From contig JADYYF010000088.1 of the NCBI GenBank assembly GCA_020853795.1, forward strand, positions 12,820 through 76,819: a stretch of DNA of 64,000 bases, read 5' to 3'. This DNA comes from Candidatus Zixiibacteriota bacterium. Lineage in GTDB: Bacteria; Zixibacteria; MSB-5A5; CAIYYT01. A program made the translations under genes and the position numbers. The notes under the pieces were generated by a model that had not been told where the DNA came from, made no database searches, and was given only the letters and a program-made list of their open reading frames with translations. Positions 18,718 to 28,180 of the stretch are shown here, in pieces (within the stretch, counting starts at the first letter, position 1; each line of letters starts with the position of its first letter).

Positions 18718-19065
18718 CTATCCTAAGACCACAGAATCGATATTCGTAAACACGCCATCCTTCATGCGCGAGGTGGCGATGGCTGTCAAGACCGTGCGCG
18801 ACGGCACGTTGACTAAAAGTGCGAGGTCGTCGAGCAGGACGACGGAATCGCGCGCGCCTTTGCTGGCGACGCGATCGACGGCATCCGCAAGACGGGACAT
18901 GCGATCGGGCGACATCTCGAGTTGGCGACGCTCGATGCGTTCGCTCAGGTGTTTGGAGAAAGTCAGTCCGTCGCCGTCCGCCGGTTGAAACCGAGAAACG
19001 GGGTTTGCGGCCGGTTGCGACGGGTTCGGACGAACTTGCGGAACGGCATTCAAGAATTCAGTCAT
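18718..19065 (-). CDS. flagellar operon protein (TIGR02530-like) between flgD and flgE
   Basis: 115-aa protein in the conserved slot. Call is by position and size only. Confidence 0.5.
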   Translation of the reverse strand: MTEFLNAVPQVRPNPSQPAANPVSRFQPADGDGLTFSKHLSERIERRQLEMSPDRMSRLADAVDRVASKGARDSVVLLDDLALLVNVPSRTVLTAIATSRMKDGVFTNIDSVVLG

Positions 19066-19068
19066 CGT

Positions 19069-19746
19069 CTATCCTCCTGCCACGTGGCGAACAAGCGCCA
19101 GCGGAATCATGCCGCCATCGATCAGCAGGAAGGCCTGGCCGTCGACATACTCGACGCCTTCGACCACACCGCGGGTGAAGCTTGAGGCCGGGACCGACTG
19201 GCCCTTGGCATCGCGCAGATCGACGCGGAAGCCGTAATTGCCCGTGGCCAATTCGTTGCCGTTGGCATCGCGGCCGTTCCAGGCGATGCTGTGCTCGCCG
19301 GGACCGAGTTGAGAGACCGACAAGGTGCGGACGACTTCGCCAGCATCGTTGTAAATCGTGATGGTGCCGTTGAGGGAGAAGACACCGGTCGAGAAGGTGA
19401 TCGGGCTGACGGTCTCGTCGCCGACAGTCGTGACGCTGGCGTCAGCCGTGATCGTTTTGCCGATCAGCGAGGTGGCCATCGTGTTATTGATGGTCTGCGA
19501 CAGAAGCATGTTCCACTGCGTGTTCTGCGACAGCAGATCGTTCATGTTCTGCAGTTGCTCGAGCGACGAGAATTGGGTCATCTGTCCGATGAACTCCGCG
19601 TCGTTCATTGGCTCGAGCGGATTCTGGTACTTCATCTGCGCCGTCAGCATCTTCAGAAAGTCCTCCTTGCCAAGGGTCTCTTTCTTGGTAGAGGTCGATT
19701 CCGTCACTTGCGGCTGCAGGATCGAGCTGACTGATTGCGGTTCCAT
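19069..19746 (-). CDS. flgD: flagellar hook capping/assembly protein FlgD
   Basis: FlgD N-domain (DFLKMLTAQMKYQNPLEPMNDAEFIGQMTQFSSLEQL) and a C-terminal Ig-like domain (GEHSIAWNGRDANGNELATGNYGF). Confidence 0.8.
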   Translation of the reverse strand: MEPQSVSSILQPQVTESTSTKKETLGKEDFLKMLTAQMKYQNPLEPMNDAEFIGQMTQFSSLEQLQNMNDLLSQNTQWNMLLSQTINNTMATSLIGKTITADASVTTVGDETVSPITFSTGVFSLNGTITIYNDAGEVVRTLSVSQLGPGEHSIAWNGRDANGNELATGNYGFRVDLRDAKGQSVPASSFTRGVVEGVEYVDGQAFLLIDGGMIPLALVRHVAGG

Positions 19747-19753
19747 GGCTATC

Positions 19754-21328
19754 TCACGCTAACAGGTTGAGTCCATTGACTAAGGCCGTTAGACCCGTCG
19801 TCACGGTCACGGCGGCCGGGCTTTCGGCAACCGCTGCCGGAACGAATTGGCGGCGTGGCTGCCGGGGTTGGCGCGCAAACGCCTGCGAATGCCGCGACAG
19901 GGCATCCTCGCTGACGATAACTTCGATTTGATTCAGCTTGAGCCCGGCGCGTTCAAAGCTCTCGCGCAGCTGCGGCAGGTTGGCCTCAACCAGGCGGCGG
20001 GCATCGTCACTGGAGGTCTCCAGTCGCGCCGAGGTCTCATGCGGCGTCGTAACGAGGCGCACTTTGACGGTTCCGAGGTGCTCCGGTTGGAGTTGCAGCT
20101 TAATCTCGCCGCGCTTGATCAGAGTCTCGATCTGGACGCGCTTGAGCGAAACGTGGACGCGTTCGGTGTCAGGAATCTCGATGGCCGCGGTATTCGGCAC
20201 TTGGCCGTGATCTTCGGCCGGCAATTTGTCGACTGCGGCAAAGGTGCTCTGTCCGGTGCCGGCACTGATAGTCAGATCTTGTTTAAGCATCTCAGATGGA
20301 CGGATCGCTTCGGCGCCGGGCAATGGTTTCGGGCTTGTCTCGGACAGCGGTGCCGGCGCGGGCTTCGCAACGGCCGCCTCTGCCCCCACTTCGGAAGTTG
20401 GCGGTTGCGATCCAACTGCAGCGACAGGCTGTGCCGATGGTTGACCGCTCTTCTTGTGACCGGCAAGGTTGACCACCGAATGACCACGCAACGGCAGCGG
20501 CAGGGCCGCAAACTCCGCGACCGTCGGCTGAATAGTGGGATCTTTTGCCGCGGTTTCCGGCTGAAGTTTGACTGTGGCGTCGGTCTGCAGATGTCCATCC
20601 AGCGACTGGATGCGAAGCTCGGGAAATAGCTGCTGCAACTGGGATTTCAGTTGATGAACAGCCGCCGGCTGCGAGCCTGCAACGAACCGACTGACGCGAG
20701 GTGCGTCAGACAATGCCACGTCGGTGTCGGCAATTGGAGTCGGCTGAGTTAATGCGGCCACCAATTCTTGAGCGGTGATCGGCTGATCAACTTTGACATC
20801 AACGGTTGATGGCAGCGTAACAGCGACCGCGGTCTGGCTCGGGACTTGCGCGGGCTGACCGAGCATTTCGACGAGCATCACGGCCAACTGCTGATCGGCA
20901 AGCGGAGTCACGATATCAGCAACGACTGCGTCTTGATGCGCCGGTCGATTCGACTGATTTGGCAATGCTTGCGGCGAGGTGATGGCGGTGTTCGGATCCA
21001 ACAACGCAAGGAGCGGCGGACCGGTATAAACCGTGGCATTGACGGCCGCGGGTTCAGACTGAGGAACCGCCAAGTGTGGTTGCGGGTCGACTTCTGTTGG
21101 CGAATGCGGCTGTTCCGATGCGACGGTTTGCTCGGCAAGTGCCGGAGTCAGCAGCGCAGCGGTCGTGCCGTCGGCATTGACCGGGACGATTGACTGCTGC
21201 ACGGCAGCGTTCAAGGCCAACGCGAACAAGCCTGCGGGAACGACACCGGCCTGCGCTGACGGCGCTGCCGCGTTGGCTGCATTCGCAGTGGCGGGGACCT
21301 GAGTCAATATGTCGAGCAGCGGATTCAT
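19754..21328 (-). CDS. fliK: flagellar hook-length control protein FliK
   Basis: Pro/Ala/Gln-rich central region and a C-terminal Flg_hook domain (LQPEHLGTVKVRLVTTPHETSARLETSSDDARRLVEANLPQLRESFERAGLKL). Confidence 0.7.
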   Translation of the reverse strand: MNPLLDILTQVPATANAANAAAPSAQAGVVPAGLFALALNAAVQQSIVPVNADGTTAALLTPALAEQTVASEQPHSPTEVDPQPHLAVPQSEPAAVNATVYTGPPLLALLDPNTAITSPQALPNQSNRPAHQDAVVADIVTPLADQQLAVMLVEMLGQPAQVPSQTAVAVTLPSTVDVKVDQPITAQELVAALTQPTPIADTDVALSDAPRVSRFVAGSQPAAVHQLKSQLQQLFPELRIQSLDGHLQTDATVKLQPETAAKDPTIQPTVAEFAALPLPLRGHSVVNLAGHKKSGQPSAQPVAAVGSQPPTSEVGAEAAVAKPAPAPLSETSPKPLPGAEAIRPSEMLKQDLTISAGTGQSTFAAVDKLPAEDHGQVPNTAAIEIPDTERVHVSLKRVQIETLIKRGEIKLQLQPEHLGTVKVRLVTTPHETSARLETSSDDARRLVEANLPQLRESFERAGLKLNQIEVIVSEDALSRHSQAFARQPRQPRRQFVPAAVAESPAAVTVTTGLTALVNGLNLLA

Positions 21329-21335
21329 TTCGTCC

Positions 21336-22016
21336 TTAGTTGTTCATCGAAATCAGATACTGGGTGATGCGCGCGGCGCGCTCCGGCGGGAGCTGGCCGA
21401 GCACTTCGGAAGCCTTCTGCTTCTTCATCTTGCTGATCAGAATGCTGACCTGAGCATCTTCAAGGTTGGCCAGGATCGGAACGAGCGCGGAAGTTTCCAT
21501 GCCTTCATAGAGCTTGGCCATCTGGGTGATATTGCCTTCTTCCGCAGCTTTCTTGCGGTCAAGCAGGGCTTCGACCTGGGCTTTGAGTTGTTCCAGTTGT
21601 TTGCGTTCAACGTTGAGTTGAGCCACCTTGCGGTCGATTTCCTGCCGCTGTTCTTCGTACCACTGGACTTTCTGGAGCGAATCGCGCACCATCGCCGAGT
21701 CGGTGACTTGCGTTTCAGTGGAACCGCCGTCGAAGCCGTCAAACAGCTCGTCGTAGGCGCTGGCGCCGGTGGATTCTTCGGAGTTGTCCGGTTCCTGAGC
21801 CACAGAGTCGCTTGCGGTCGCCGCCGGTTCGATTGATTGCGCTGACGGTTTGACGTTGGTGGAACTGAAGACCCCGAATTTCAGGGAGAAAATGATCACA
21901 AACACGACAAAGACGATCAGTCCGCCGGCGATCGGCGCCAGATGCGACTTGCCGCCGGCTTTGGCCTTTGGTGTCGGCTCGGCTTGCGGTGTTTGTTCTT
22001 GTTCTTTTTCCGGCAT
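21336..22016 (-). CDS. MotE/FlbB/YlxF-like flagellar protein (MgtE-N-like domain); first gene of the operon
   Basis: TM-anchored protein with a coiled-coil region and a C-terminal MgtE_N-like helical domain (LVPILANLEDAQVSILISKMKKQKASEVLGQL). It occupies the same position as ylxF/flbB in other fla operons. An AGGAG lies 6 nt upstream of the ATG. Confidence 0.55.
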   Translation of the reverse strand: MPEKEQEQTPQAEPTPKAKAGGKSHLAPIAGGLIVFVVFVIIFSLKFGVFSSTNVKPSAQSIEPAATASDSVAQEPDNSEESTGASAYDELFDGFDGGSTETQVTDSAMVRDSLQKVQWYEEQRQEIDRKVAQLNVERKQLEQLKAQVEALLDRKKAAEEGNITQMAKLYEGMETSALVPILANLEDAQVSILISKMKKQKASEVLGQLPPERAARITQYLISMNN

Positions 22017-22063
22017 GTCTGCTCCTATTCAAGCGACAAATGCTTTTCTGCCGCTCTGCGAAG

Positions 22064-22080
22064 ATGCAAGGGGGATGCCA
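22064..22080 (-). promoter_or_regulatory. sigma-54 (-24/-12) promoter driving the flagellar operon
   Basis: The minus strand reads TTGGCATCCCCCTTGCAT. This matches the TGGCAC-N5-TTGCA consensus with perfect GG/GC spacing. It sits about 45 nt upstream of the MotE-like ATG, and an AGGAG RBS follows. Confidence 0.6.
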
Positions 22081-22236
22081 AACCTGCCGGCGAACTCGCA
22101 AGTTTCTGCAAGGTAAGGCTTTAGTCGTGAGCGTCGATTGCGAGAGATGAGATGAAAGGCGACGGCGAGGAAAGATTTTCTTGGTGGAAGGAACTAAGTG
22201 TCGAGCGCCGTGGACGACCGAATTCGTAGCGGCAGA

Positions 22237-23817
22237 CTACGGTTGAGTGAGTCGGCGCAGGTGTTTCAATGTCGTGTTGGGGTCGAGCGATCCCAAGTCG
22301 AGCTGGACGGATAGTTGACTAGCGCTGAGCCGGCGGCCGAAGGACCAGAATTCCTTCAACAAGTTACCGTAGTCAGGCTGGCGGAAGTAGTCGTCGCCGA
22401 GATTTTCCGTAGCGAAGTTTTGCAGAGCGGCCGCCAAGCCGAGTCCCTGCAGGTACTCGGCGGCAGTTTCCTCGCCAATACCGCGTAGATACATTTCACG
22501 GTCGACGGCACTCCATTCAAATCCGAAGAGTTGTCGATGCGATTGCTCGTATTCCGCCTGGATGTTCTCAGCTTCAGAAAACAGCACTTGTTCAAAGAGC
22601 ACGTCGGCGCAGAGACGCCGCAACAACAGCAGGCGCTGGAATGCGGCCAAGCGGACGTAGCGGCGGGCGGCGGCAGGCGCCATGGTCAAGGTCTCGGTGA
22701 GATAGCGCGGTTCCAACAAGAGGTCTTCGAGCGCGAAGGCGGACGCCTCGCTGACGGCAACGCTGCCAAGCTGCGCCAGCTCCAACTCGCGCTCCTGTGA
22801 GTAGAGATAGCCGAGCGCGTGGCCAAGTTCGTGGTAGTACTCGTGAAAATGTGCAGAACCGCGCGGACAAGTAACGATGATACGAAGGTCACTGGGCGGC
22901 GCGATTGCGTAGGTTGAAGAACGACCGCCAAAATCAGAGCTGTCGACAACAATTTGGATGAGGATAAGGGTGTCCGGCGGCAGATGCCAGGCCCTGAGCG
23001 TGCGAGCTACAATCGGTGGCAGCGAATCAGGGTGAAACAGCGCTCCCAGGGGATCGGCGTTCATCAGGTAGGCAATATCGTAGCCACGCAAATTGTTGAG
23101 TTTGATGCCGGCAAGTTGCGGGACTAGATCTTCGGCCAGGGCGCGAAAGAGCGAGTCACTGGCAGTCAAGAATTCCTGGGCCTGGGTGGCCAGAGCGGCA
23201 TAGTCGACATCGAGCTTCTCTTCCACGAACGACAGAATCGAGCCGTAGCCGAAGTGGTAGAGGGCAGAATCGGTGAGTTCGAGCACCCGCCGCCGTACGG
23301 CGTTTTCGCGCTGCAACAGCGGCAGAAGATTCTCGTAGAGCTGCTCGCGCAAAGTACGATCGGGGGATTCCGCCAACACGCGCGAGGCCTGAGGGAGTGA
23401 ATACGTTCGATCATTGAGGTTGAAGCGGTAGCCGGACAGCATTTCTTCCAAGTACTGTCTCTCCGGTAACAAGGCGGCGCGAATGCGCGATTCGATCAGA
23501 AAGAGGCGGAGGCGACGGAACTTGCGTTCGTCCGGTCCGGGTTCGAAACTATCCTCCACCCGCTGCAGGAGTTCGATGTTGGCTTCCGAAAAGAGATTCT
23601 GATAGCGCGCGAAGATGTCGGCGCGCTCGTCGGGACCGGCACCGGTGCGGCTGTTGAATTCGTTTTTCTGCAATTCGCGCAGGAAATCACGAGCCTCGCC
23701 GCGCAATGCGATCACCTTTTCCCATTCGCTCTGGGCGATTTCCGATTTACGTTCGGAGGCGCAGGCACTGAGAAGCAGACCAGTTGCGGCGATCAGTACG
23801 GCGAGCAATCGTTGCAT
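22237..23817 (-). CDS. putative zinc metallopeptidase lipoprotein (HExxH, family uncertain)
   Basis: Lipoprotein signal MQRLLAVLIAATGLLLSAC. Zinc motif FHEYYHELGHALGY. The start was chosen at the internal ATG downstream of the rpsA terminator; the ORF extends to 23883. Confidence 0.55.
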   Translation of the reverse strand: MQRLLAVLIAATGLLLSACASERKSEIAQSEWEKVIALRGEARDFLRELQKNEFNSRTGAGPDERADIFARYQNLFSEANIELLQRVEDSFEPGPDERKFRRLRLFLIESRIRAALLPERQYLEEMLSGYRFNLNDRTYSLPQASRVLAESPDRTLREQLYENLLPLLQRENAVRRRVLELTDSALYHFGYGSILSFVEEKLDVDYAALATQAQEFLTASDSLFRALAEDLVPQLAGIKLNNLRGYDIAYLMNADPLGALFHPDSLPPIVARTLRAWHLPPDTLILIQIVVDSSDFGGRSSTYAIAPPSDLRIIVTCPRGSAHFHEYYHELGHALGYLYSQERELELAQLGSVAVSEASAFALEDLLLEPRYLTETLTMAPAAARRYVRLAAFQRLLLLRRLCADVLFEQVLFSEAENIQAEYEQSHRQLFGFEWSAVDREMYLRGIGEETAAEYLQGLGLAAALQNFATENLGDDYFRQPDYGNLLKEFWSFGRRLSASQLSVQLDLGSLDPNTTLKHLRRLTQP

Positions 23818-23877
23818 TGGGGTGACGGTACAGGAAACGAAGCCGCTTGTCCAATACAAATTGCGGCAGCTGTTTTG

Positions 23878-23916
23878 GGGCAAAAGAAAGCGGGCGCGAT
23901 GTCGATCGCGCCCGCT
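23878..23916 (-). terminator. rho-independent terminator after rpsA
   Basis: 12-bp GC stem AGCGGGCGCGAT/ATCGCGCCCGCT with a 4-nt loop, followed on the minus strand by TTCTTTTG. Confidence 0.6.
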
Positions 23917-23942
23917 GGAATGGACACAACGATGGGGGCAGC

Positions 23943-25931
23943 CTACGCTTCGGGCGCGGCGGCCTCGCCGGAGCCGGTGTTTTCCATGCCGGCATCTTCG
24001 AGCGCCGCAGCCATCTGCGAGGTCGTGATGGTCGGGTGCTTGGCGGCAAAGGCCTCCAACTCGGCGTGTTCACGGCCCTTGTAGTAGTCGTCAACGGAAA
24101 GGACGATCTTGCGCTGAGTCTGATCGAATTCGATCACCTTCAACGGGATTTCGTCGCCTTCCTTGAAGGCATCGCCCGGCTTGGTCAGGTCGGGCACGCC
24201 CAGATGATGGGTGGCCACAAAGCCTTCGACCTCGTTGCCGAGTTCGACGATGACGCCACGGTCAAGCACACGAGTAATGATGCCGACCGATTCGGTACCG
24301 ATGCCGTATTTCAGCGCGTACGACGGCCACGGGTCGTCAAAGAGCTGCTTGTAGCCCAGCGAGATCCGGCGATTGGCGCGGTCGATCTTGAGCACGATCA
24401 CGTCCACTTCCTGTCCCTTCTTCATGACTTCCGAAGGATGTTGGATGCGGCGATTCCACGACATATCGGAGATGTGCACCAGGCCGTCGATACCCTCTTC
24501 GAGTTCGATGAAGGCGCCGAAGGTCGTCAAGTTGCGCACTTTGCCGCGCACCTTCGAACCAATCGGGTACTTCTGGTCGAGGATGGTCCACGGATCAGGT
24601 TCCATCTGCTTGATGCCGAGGGAGATCTTCTCATTCTCCTTGTCGACAGCCAGGACGACGGCATCGAGGCGATCACCGACGTTCATGATCTTCGAAGGGT
24701 GCTTGATGTGCTGGGTCCAGCTCATTTCGCTGATGTGGATCAGGCCTTCGATGCCCTTCTCCAGCTCGACGAAAGCGCCGTAGTCGGTCAAGGAGACGAC
24801 GGTGCCGTTCACCTTGCTGCCGACCGGGTACTTCTCCTCGATCCGCTCCCACGGGTACTCCGTGAGTTGCTTCATACCGAGCGAGATGCGGCCGGTATCT
24901 TTATCGAAATCGAGAATCTTCACTTTGATAGAATCGCCCAATTGCACCAGTTCCGACGGGTGGGAAATCCGGCCCCACGACATGTCGGTAATATGGAGCA
25001 GGCCGTCGAGTCCGCCGAGGTCGATGAAGACGCCGAAGTCGGTGATATTCTTGACCTGGCCTTCACGCACCTGGCCAACCTCGATGTGTTCGAGCAGTTT
25101 CTTGCGCATTTCTTCACGCTCGTGCTCGAGGACCACGCGGCGGCTGACGACGATATTGCGGCGGCTCTTATTGAGCTTGATAATCTTGAGCGGCAGGGTC
25201 TTGCCGATCAATTCGTCGAAATCGGGCACCTGGCGCAGGGCGATTTGCGACCCGGGCAGGAAAGCGTCGACACCAAATAGGTCGACGACGATGCCGCCCT
25301 TGATGCGGCGCATGAGACGGCCCTGGACCAGTTCGCCGGCGTCGTGGGCGTCGCGGATACGATCCCAGACGCGCATGAAATCGGCCTTCTGCTTGGACAA
25401 AATCAGTTGGCCGTTTTGATCTTCGACCGATTCGAGGTAGACGTCGATCTGGTCACCGACCATGATGTTGATCGGTTCCGGGAATTCCTCGATCGGGATG
25501 ATGCCTTCGGATTTGAAGCCGACGTCGACAATCACGTCTTCGCGGGTGATGTCGAGGACGCGGCCCTTGATGATCTCGCCTTCGCGGATGTCCTGCAGCG
25601 TGTGGTTGTACATCGCCAGCAGTTCATCGTACTCCTTGGACGAATACTCCTCGTCGTCCAGTTCGGTCTGCTTGATGGCATCGACATGGGCAAACATGGC
25701 GCCGGTGTCGAAGCGACTCTGGGCGCGTTCGGAAACGCGGCGTTGGCGTTCGGTGGAGATGGAGCCGACTTCCTGGGCCAAGGTGGTCACCATCGAGGTG
25801 CCCTTTTGCTCGGCCTTGCTGACCTTCTTGACGATGGCGCCTTTGGCGCCGCGCGAAGATGACCTTTTGTCCTGAGCCTCACCTCCTGTCTTTGAAGTTA
25901 ACTTAGTGGTTTTTGTGGTTTCGTCAGACAT
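23943..25931 (-). CDS. rpsA: 30S ribosomal protein S1
   Basis: 662-aa protein with six tandem S1 domains (repeated GxV.GxVxxIxxFGAFV motifs). It lies downstream of cmk. Confidence 0.9.
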   Translation of the reverse strand: MSDETTKTTKLTSKTGGEAQDKRSSSRGAKGAIVKKVSKAEQKGTSMVTTLAQEVGSISTERQRRVSERAQSRFDTGAMFAHVDAIKQTELDDEEYSSKEYDELLAMYNHTLQDIREGEIIKGRVLDITREDVIVDVGFKSEGIIPIEEFPEPINIMVGDQIDVYLESVEDQNGQLILSKQKADFMRVWDRIRDAHDAGELVQGRLMRRIKGGIVVDLFGVDAFLPGSQIALRQVPDFDELIGKTLPLKIIKLNKSRRNIVVSRRVVLEHEREEMRKKLLEHIEVGQVREGQVKNITDFGVFIDLGGLDGLLHITDMSWGRISHPSELVQLGDSIKVKILDFDKDTGRISLGMKQLTEYPWERIEEKYPVGSKVNGTVVSLTDYGAFVELEKGIEGLIHISEMSWTQHIKHPSKIMNVGDRLDAVVLAVDKENEKISLGIKQMEPDPWTILDQKYPIGSKVRGKVRNLTTFGAFIELEEGIDGLVHISDMSWNRRIQHPSEVMKKGQEVDVIVLKIDRANRRISLGYKQLFDDPWPSYALKYGIGTESVGIITRVLDRGVIVELGNEVEGFVATHHLGVPDLTKPGDAFKEGDEIPLKVIEFDQTQRKIVLSVDDYYKGREHAELEAFAAKHPTITTSQMAAALEDAGMENTGSGEAAAPEA

Positions 25932-26081
25932 TTCTGTCTTCCTCCTTACGAACTATCGCTAACCCTTCCGGGCTGTTTTTGCTTGTTGGCTGCACGACAC
26001 CTCCTGTAGTGAAAGTTACTCGTGACCGTAGTCGAGATTCGACCCGACCGTTTACTATCTGAGTTGCGCCCCAGGGACGCT

Positions 26082-26735
26082 TCAGAGCTTCTCCAATTCG
26101 GACTTCAGCCGACCAATTTCGCGCATGACGGTCTCAGTCAGATCGTCGTATCGCGGTTTGCCGCCGCCGGGGGCTGTGAAGCGGCTGACATCCAGCGGCT
26201 CGGCGAAGGCGATGCCCAGTTTAGCGCGGCGAAAGAACACGTCTTTCAGCCGGTTGGAGCCGACAATTGCCGTCGGGACTACCGGCACACCGGCGGAGAG
26301 CGCCAGCCGCGCCATACCGGGTTGAGCCCGTTGTATCTCACCCGTCTTCGAGCGCGTGCCCTCCGGAAAGAAGAGCAGCTGATCGCCCAGACGGAGATGA
26401 TTCAAAGCGACTTTCCAAGCCGTCCGATCGGCTTCCCCGCGGCGTGCCGGAAAGGCATGAAAGAATTTCAGGATTGCGCCGATCAGCCGGTTTTCGAACA
26501 ACTCGATCTTCGCGAAATAGTAAGACCGGCGCGACAACAGCGATCCAAGCAGGGGCGGATCGAAGTTGGACAGGTGATTCGACGCAATCACGGCCGCACC
26601 CGGCGGGACGTGTTCGTGTCCGACTACCCGCCAGCCCAGGAGTCCGCGCGCTCCGCAGCGAATCAGGATCTGGACCAGCCAGTACACCAAAATCAATCGA
26701 CCGCGACCTGGCGAGCCAGATCGACGATTTTGCAC
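26082..26735 (-). CDS. plsC: 1-acyl-sn-glycerol-3-phosphate acyltransferase
   Basis: Motifs NHLSNFDPP (HxxxxD variant) and FPEGTRS. Confidence 0.85.
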   Translation of the reverse strand: MQNRRSGSPGRGRLILVYWLVQILIRCGARGLLGWRVVGHEHVPPGAAVIASNHLSNFDPPLLGSLLSRRSYYFAKIELFENRLIGAILKFFHAFPARRGEADRTAWKVALNHLRLGDQLLFFPEGTRSKTGEIQRAQPGMARLALSAGVPVVPTAIVGSNRLKDVFFRRAKLGIAFAEPLDVSRFTAPGGGKPRYDDLTETVMREIGRLKSELEKL

Positions 26736-27400
26736 ACCTGCTGTTCGAAAGTCAGGTGCGACGTATCGAGGTCGATGGCGTCGGCCACTCGCGTCAACGG
26801 CGAAGCCGCGCGACTCGAGTCGGCGTGATCACGCCGCGCCAGCAGTTCGCTTTGCTCCTGCGACGAGGTCGTGACGCCAAGCTCGTTCATATCCTTGACG
26901 CGGCGCACGGCGCGCTCGCGAATATCCGCGTGCATATAGATTTTCAGATCGGCGTCCGGGAACACCACTGAAGTTGTATCCCGACCTTCGGCGACCACGC
27001 CGCCGCTGGCACCGATTTCCTGTTGCCGCCGGACCAGAATCTCGCGCACCTGGGGGTGTTGCGAGACCGGCGTCGTACCGGCGGTTACCTCCGGTGTGCG
27101 AATCTCGGAGGAGACGTCCTGCCCGTCGAGAAGAACCCGCTGGCTGCCCGCGACGATTCTGAACTCAATACGAGTCGAACGCGTCAGGTCGACAAGTCGA
27201 TCCTGATCGTTCAGATCAAGTCCCTGGCGCAGGGCCTTCAGTGTTACCGCGCGATACATGGCCCCGGTATCGAGATAGAGCAATCCGAGGCGACGGGCGA
27301 CTTCCCGGGCGGTGGTGCTCTTCCCCGATCCGGCCGGGCCGTCGATCGCGATCACGAGCTGTTGCAGTGACTTGTTCAATCCCTTGCGCAATTCAGGCAC
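26693..27400 (-). CDS. cmk: cytidylate kinase
   Basis: IAIDGPAGSGKSTTAREVARRLGLLYLDTGAMYRAV. Classic cmk-rpsA linkage. Confidence 0.9.
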   Translation of the reverse strand: MPELRKGLNKSLQQLVIAIDGPAGSGKSTTAREVARRLGLLYLDTGAMYRAVTLKALRQGLDLNDQDRLVDLTRSTRIEFRIVAGSQRVLLDGQDVSSEIRTPEVTAGTTPVSQHPQVREILVRRQQEIGASGGVVAEGRDTTSVVFPDADLKIYMHADIRERAVRRVKDMNELGVTTSSQEQSELLARRDHADSSRAASPLTRVADAIDLDTSHLTFEQQVCKIVDLARQVAVD

Positions 27401-27458
27401 AGCCTTATAACAATAAACATAATCGCCGGATAATCAACAGAAAAGTCACCGCTCGGGT

Positions 27459-28178
27459 TCAGTGAAGTCCGACCTTTTTCTTGAGGCGGTCGACTTCGTG
27501 AGGACTCAGGAAGCGCCATTTGCCGCGCTCGAGGCCGGTCAAGGGGATTTCGTCGTATTTGATGCGAGTGAGGGCGATAACAGGAAACCCGATGATTTTG
27601 CACATGCGGCGGATTTCACGCTTTCGTCCTTCGGTCAATTCAATCGACAGCAGCGTCGTATCTTCTTCGCTTTCAAGGATCTTCACGCGGGCTTTTGCGA
27701 TGTGGCCGTCCTCCAATTGGATTCCATCGAAGAAATGGCGCAGGTCTTCCTGACCGAGGCGACCTTTCACGCTGACGTGATAGAGCTTCTTGACCCCGTA
27801 GCTTGGGTGGGCGAGGCGGAAAGCCAGTTCGCCGTCGTCGGTAAGCAGCAACAGCCCTTCGGAATCAAGATCGAGCCGACCGACCGGGTAGACGCGCTGC
27901 TTGAGTCCGCGCAGAAGCCAGCGGATCGTCCTGCGGCCAAAGTCATCCTTTAAGGTAACAAGGTAACCTTTTGGTTTATATAGGGCTAAGTATACGTGCT
28001 CCGAAGGTCGAACGCACGGTCTGCCGTCGACTGTGATCTGATCGGTGTTCTCGTCGATATTTGTTCCGAGCTTGATGACGGTTTCCCCGTTGACTGTAAC
28101 CTTGCCGCTGGCGATGAGCAAGTCAGCCGCACGACGTGAGGCGAGCCCGCAGAGTGAGATGTAACGGTTTAGGCGCAA
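27459..28178 (-). CDS. rluB: 23S rRNA pseudouridine synthase, RluB/RsuA family
   Basis: N-terminal S4 domain (MRLNRYISLCGLASRRAADLLIASGKVTVNG) and catalytic GRLDLDSEGLLLLTDDG. Confidence 0.8.
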   Translation of the reverse strand: MRLNRYISLCGLASRRAADLLIASGKVTVNGETVIKLGTNIDENTDQITVDGRPCVRPSEHVYLALYKPKGYLVTLKDDFGRRTIRWLLRGLKQRVYPVGRLDLDSEGLLLLTDDGELAFRLAHPSYGVKKLYHVSVKGRLGQEDLRHFFDGIQLEDGHIAKARVKILESEEDTTLLSIELTEGRKREIRRMCKIIGFPVIALTRIKYDEIPLTGLERGKWRFLSPHEVDRLKKKVGLH

Positions 28179-28180
28179 GA

